Source: Squalus acanthias
Lineage: Eukaryota
Assembly: GCA_030390025.1 (NCBI GenBank)
Contig: CM059431.1
Span: 147,066,001-147,130,000, forward strand
Reading direction: 5' to 3'
DNA length: 64,000 nt
How positions within the stretch are numbered: the stretch's first letter is position 1; every line of letters starts with the position of its first letter. The translations under genes were made by a program, and so were the position numbers. Below the pieces are notes generated by a model. That model saw only the letters and a program-made list of their open reading frames with translations, did no database searches and was not told the origin of the DNA. Below are positions 59,941 to 64,000 of this stretch, piece after piece.

Positions 59941-61214
59941 TACATTTAAACAGACAAAAAAAAGGAACAGAATAACACGGCACACGGGAAACAAGAGTTG
60001 TGGGAATGATGACCATGTCAGGCTTAGAGGTATTTTTTTTTTACAAACTCTCCCAGGTGAGATATGGGCAAGATTCACACACGAGTCAATCCCCAGTCAA
60101 ATTGCGACATCAAAGGCCGAGCATTCCGGCAAAATGTTGAACAACTGCTGACACCGTGTTCGACTTTCAGCTCGGCAAAATCCTGCACTGATTGGATTCT
60201 CAGCAAAGTTCCCCATCTATGAAATCATTGCTGAAGCTTTCTGTTTTATCCTGTCTTTGATTCTGGGGGCCATTTTAACACCAGATATGTTGTGTGAAAC
60301 CAATGACATTTCTCCGATCCCAGTTAGTGTGGTGATCATTCGCCTTCTCTCTCTCTCCACCGTCCTGAGATATTGCTGACTCCGAGGAACCACCAATGTA
60401 TAAAAATGATTCATGTTAATTCCATAAACCGTGATCGGAATAAATTGGGACTAACTTTGCGAGTCTGAATATATTAAATTTGAATTTATTTACAATTAAT
60501 TATATTTGTTTGAATAACTTACTTTATTATTAAATGTTATTTTCTGTCCTTGCCCCTATTTATAGGGGCTGTACTCACTAACAATATCTGCTGCCAACTC
60601 CAGCTCCGCCCACAACAACTCACCACTGATGGGGCATAACCAGGGGCGGAAACCTGACTCCAGGTGATATCATAAAGGAGCCAGGAGCCAATCATACAGC
60701 AGCCAGTAACAATGTCACAAAGCAGCCGGAGCTCCGCCCAGTCGAGTTGCCGCAGGGTCACATAACCATGCTCTGTTCCTGCTGTGCAGTCTCACTGGGG
60801 ATGAACACATGTTGTTCATTCAGTCCCGTCTCCGACCCGCACAATCTACTGAATCCCAGGCAAGGAGCACAACCACGCAAAATTACCCCTTACTCATTCT
60901 CCGTCCCATCCTCCAAATATGAGATCCCACTTTTTAATGGCCCAAATGTCCATCTTTTGATTTATACACCCCAAAAACTCCCTCACATAATATCAAGTAG
61001 TGCGTCTCCCTCCTTTCTCGACAGTGAAATGTGTTTGAGGTAATGTTGCGTTGATGAAGATATAACAACCACCTCATCTGTGTTCTAAAACTAGTCTATT
61101 CCCTGTAATAGGAAGGGGCGTCAGAGGCACATTGTAGGGATCGTCAGGGCTATAAATGGTTGGGGCCATATGAACAATAATTGGAGGGGAAATCATGGGC
61201 AATAATAGTTAATG

Positions 61215-61680
61215 CTCCGTCTACACTGTCCCATCAAACACTCGCAGTCCAGGTTCGGCACGACAGACATGCAGATTAAATCAACCGCTACACCGTCCCA
61301 TCAAACACTCCCAGGTCAGGAATAGCATGGCTTACATACAGAGTAAAACATATTTAAAGTGCCCATAAAACACTCCCACTTCAAGTCAAGCACGAGATAG
61401 ATGCTGAGTAATGTTCCCTCTAAATTGTCCCATCAAACACTCCCAAGTTAGGTACAGTATAGATAAGCAGAGAGCAAAGTTCACTCAACACTGTCCCATC
61501 TGAAACTCCCAGGGTGGGCAGACAGGGGTTAGATACAGTGCAAATCTCACTATATTATCGTTCATCAAGCACAGCGAACTCAGATACAGCATGTGACCAA
61601 TGCAGAGTGCAGCTTCTCTGAAACTATCCAATGAAGCAGACCATCTCACTTAAGGCATGGTATGAATACCGGACAGAAAT
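61215..61680. repeat. Second array of the 67-bp minisatellite
   Basis: TGTCCCATCAAACACTCCCA recurs at about 66-67 nt spacing. Confidence 0.82.
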
Positions 61681-62298
61681 CCCTGTACAATAAGTATCTA
61701 GTACTTCCCGGCGAGGTATAGGCGAGCTTTACATCCCAGTGACTCTCCGGTCAAATTGCCGTATTAATGTCAAGCCTTTTGCCAGAAATTAGACGGCACC
61801 CAATAGCTTGTTAGACTCCCACCTTGAACAAATCTTGTACTGATGGAATTCTCAGTGGAGCTGCTCGCCTTTCCAATCATTAATGATGCTTCCTGAATAA
61901 TCCCGTCTTGTTCAATGAGAGTGTTGGGCCCATCAGATCTGCTCTGTCAAACCAGCGACCTTTTCTCGAGTCGCAGTCAGTGTGATGCTGATTCGACATT
62001 GGTCTCTCCACCTTCCTGAGTTAATGCTCACTCCGAGAATCTTTTAATATCAAAATGATTCATTAATTCTGGAATCTGTTACTCAAAATCAATGGGACTA
62101 ATTTTGCGACTACCAATATATTTAATTTGAATATATTTACCATTCATGACATTTGGTTGAATTACTTACTTTAATATTAGATTATTGTTTTCTTTCCGTG
62201 CCCCTGTTTATAGGGACTGATTACACTCACAATATCAGCTGCCAACTCCAGCTCCGCCCACAGTAACAAACCACTGATGGAGCATAACCAGAGGCGGA

Positions 62299-63970
62299 AA
62301 AAGAGAAAATGCTGGAAATACTCAGCAAGTCAGGCAGTATCTGTGAAGAGAGTAACAGAGTTAACGTTTCAGGACGATGACACTTCGTCAGAACTGGAAA
62401 AAGCTGGAGATTTACCAGATGTTAAGCAAGTGTAAGGGCTGGGAAAGGAGGGAGGGGAGGAAAGAACAAAAGGGAAGGTCTGTGATAAAATGGAAGGCAG
62501 GAGAGATTAAGAGACTTAAAAGAGATTAACAGATGATGCAAGGCAAAAGGAGATGGTAATGGGACAAGTTAAGAAAAAAATGATGGCTCTAGATGAAGTG
62601 TAAATGGCACTGGCAGAATGAAAGCAGGCTGCCATGTGGGAGAGAGAAAAAAAAATGGAAAAAAAATTGGGGTAGAGTTTATGGTCTGAAATTGTGGAAT
62701 TTATATTGAGTCCGGAAGGCTTTAAAGTGCTTAATGGAAAGATGAGGTGCAGTTGCTCGAGCTTAATTTGAGCTTCATTGCAACAGTGTAAGAGGCCGAG
62801 GACGAAGAGGTCAGAGTGGGAGAGGAGCGGAGAATTAAAGTGACAGACCACCGGAAGCTCGTGGTCAACCTTACGGAATGAACGGAGGTGTTCCGCAAAG
62901 CGGTCACCCAATCTGTGTTTGTTCTCCCCAATGTATAGGAGACCGCATCGTGAGCAGTGAATACAGTATACTAGATTGCAAGAATTAAAAGTAAATCGCT
63001 GTTTCACCTGGAAGGAGTATTATGGGCCCCGGACAGTGGGAAGGCTGGAGGTAAAAGGGCATGTTTTGCATCTCCTGTGCTTACACGGGAAGGTGCCGGG
63101 CGAAGGGAAATGGGTGTTGGGGGTGATAGAGGAGTGGGCTAGGGTGCCGTGGAGGCAGCGGTCCTTTGGGACTACTGAAAGGGGAGGAAAGGGACAGATC
63201 TTTTTGGTGGTGGGATCATGCTGGAGCAGGCGGAAATGATGAAGGATGAGCCGTTGAATGTGCAGGCTGGTGGGGTGAAAGATGAGGAAAAGGGGAACCC
63301 TATCCTGGTTCCGGGAGGGAGGGGAATGGGTGAGAGCAGAAGTGCGGTAAATAGAACGGACTCGGTCAAGGGCCATGTCAACCACAGTAGAGGGGTATCC
63401 TCGTTAAGGAAAAATGAAGACATGTCGGAAGCACTGATATGGAAGGTGTCATCGTCAGAGCAGATGCGGCGGAGATAGGGAAACTGGGAGAATGGAATAG
63501 AGTCCTTACAAGAATAGGGGTGGGAGGAAGTGTAGTAGAGGTAGCTGTGAGAGTCAGTGGGTTTGAATGCGAATGTTTGTCAATCGCCTATCCCTTTGAG
63601 ATGGATTCAGAGAAGTCAAGCCAGGGAAGGGTAGAGTCTGAGATGGAGATGTGAAGGTGAGTGAAGGGTGGAAATTTTAAGCAAAGTGAATGCAATTTTC
63701 TAGTTCCGGTCGAGAGCAGGTAACAGCACCGATATAGTCATCAATGTAGCTGAAAAAGAGCTGAGCGAGGGGACATGATTAGGACTGGAACAAAGAATGT
63801 TCCACCTATCCCGCGAAAAGGCAGGCATAGCTGGAACCAATGCGGGTTCCCATAGCAACACCTTTAATTTGGAGAGAGTGAGTGGAGTCAAAGGAGAAGT
63901 TTTTCAATGTGAGAACATTTTCAGCCAGGCGGAGGAGGCTGGTGGTGGACGGGGACTGTTTGGGCCTCTG
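62299..63970 (-). mobile_element. 5'-truncated Penelope-like element (RT end, GIY-YIG endonuclease, pLTR with hammerhead remnant 62359-62395)
   Basis: VAMGTRIGSSYACLF and SYIDD RT motifs; FTFNSCNLVYCIHCSRCGLLYIGENKHRLGDRFAEH; stops and frameshifts. Confidence 0.9.
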
Positions 63971-64000
63971 AGAATAGTCCTAACTTTTCCAACCTCTACT

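Larger units (their letters stand above)
58217..62298. repeat. Tandem segmental triplication, units starting about 58217, 60446 and 62092
   Basis: Block GGGACTA..CT(A/G)TTTATAGGG..CTGCCAACT(C/A)CAGCTCCGCCCACA..CACTGATGG..AACCAG(G/A)GGCGG occurs three times (periods 2240 and 1648); unit interiors are also homologous. Confidence 0.88.

Overview
Vertebrate, most likely shark/chondrichthyan, repeat-rich genomic DNA (inferred from an HE1/V-SINE, CR1 LINEs and Penelope-like elements). There are two divergently oriented, two-exon rhodopsin-class GPCR genes of the GPR139/GPR142 type (4258-2862 minus; 34667-37113 plus). They share a promoter motif, an intronic motif and related upstream minisatellites. 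The second receptor has lost both cysteines of the canonical TM3-ECL2 disulfide. An apparently intact autonomous PIF/Harbinger transposon (8733-13152) encodes a DDE transposase and a convergent 3-exon Myb/SANT gene. It sits, together with a GC-rich Harbinger MITE (6309-7051), inside a near-full-length CR1 LINE, which itself splits a minisatellite. A second Harbinger element is cut by the window start. The rest is many CR1 fragments, Zenon-like LINE pieces, Penelope elements with minimal hammerhead ribozyme motifs, eight decayed tRNA genes (several in a segmentally duplicated cassette), several tandem repeats, and a ~2 kb triplicated block with TATA/GC boxes. All family assignments come from motif recognition by eye; no database search was run.
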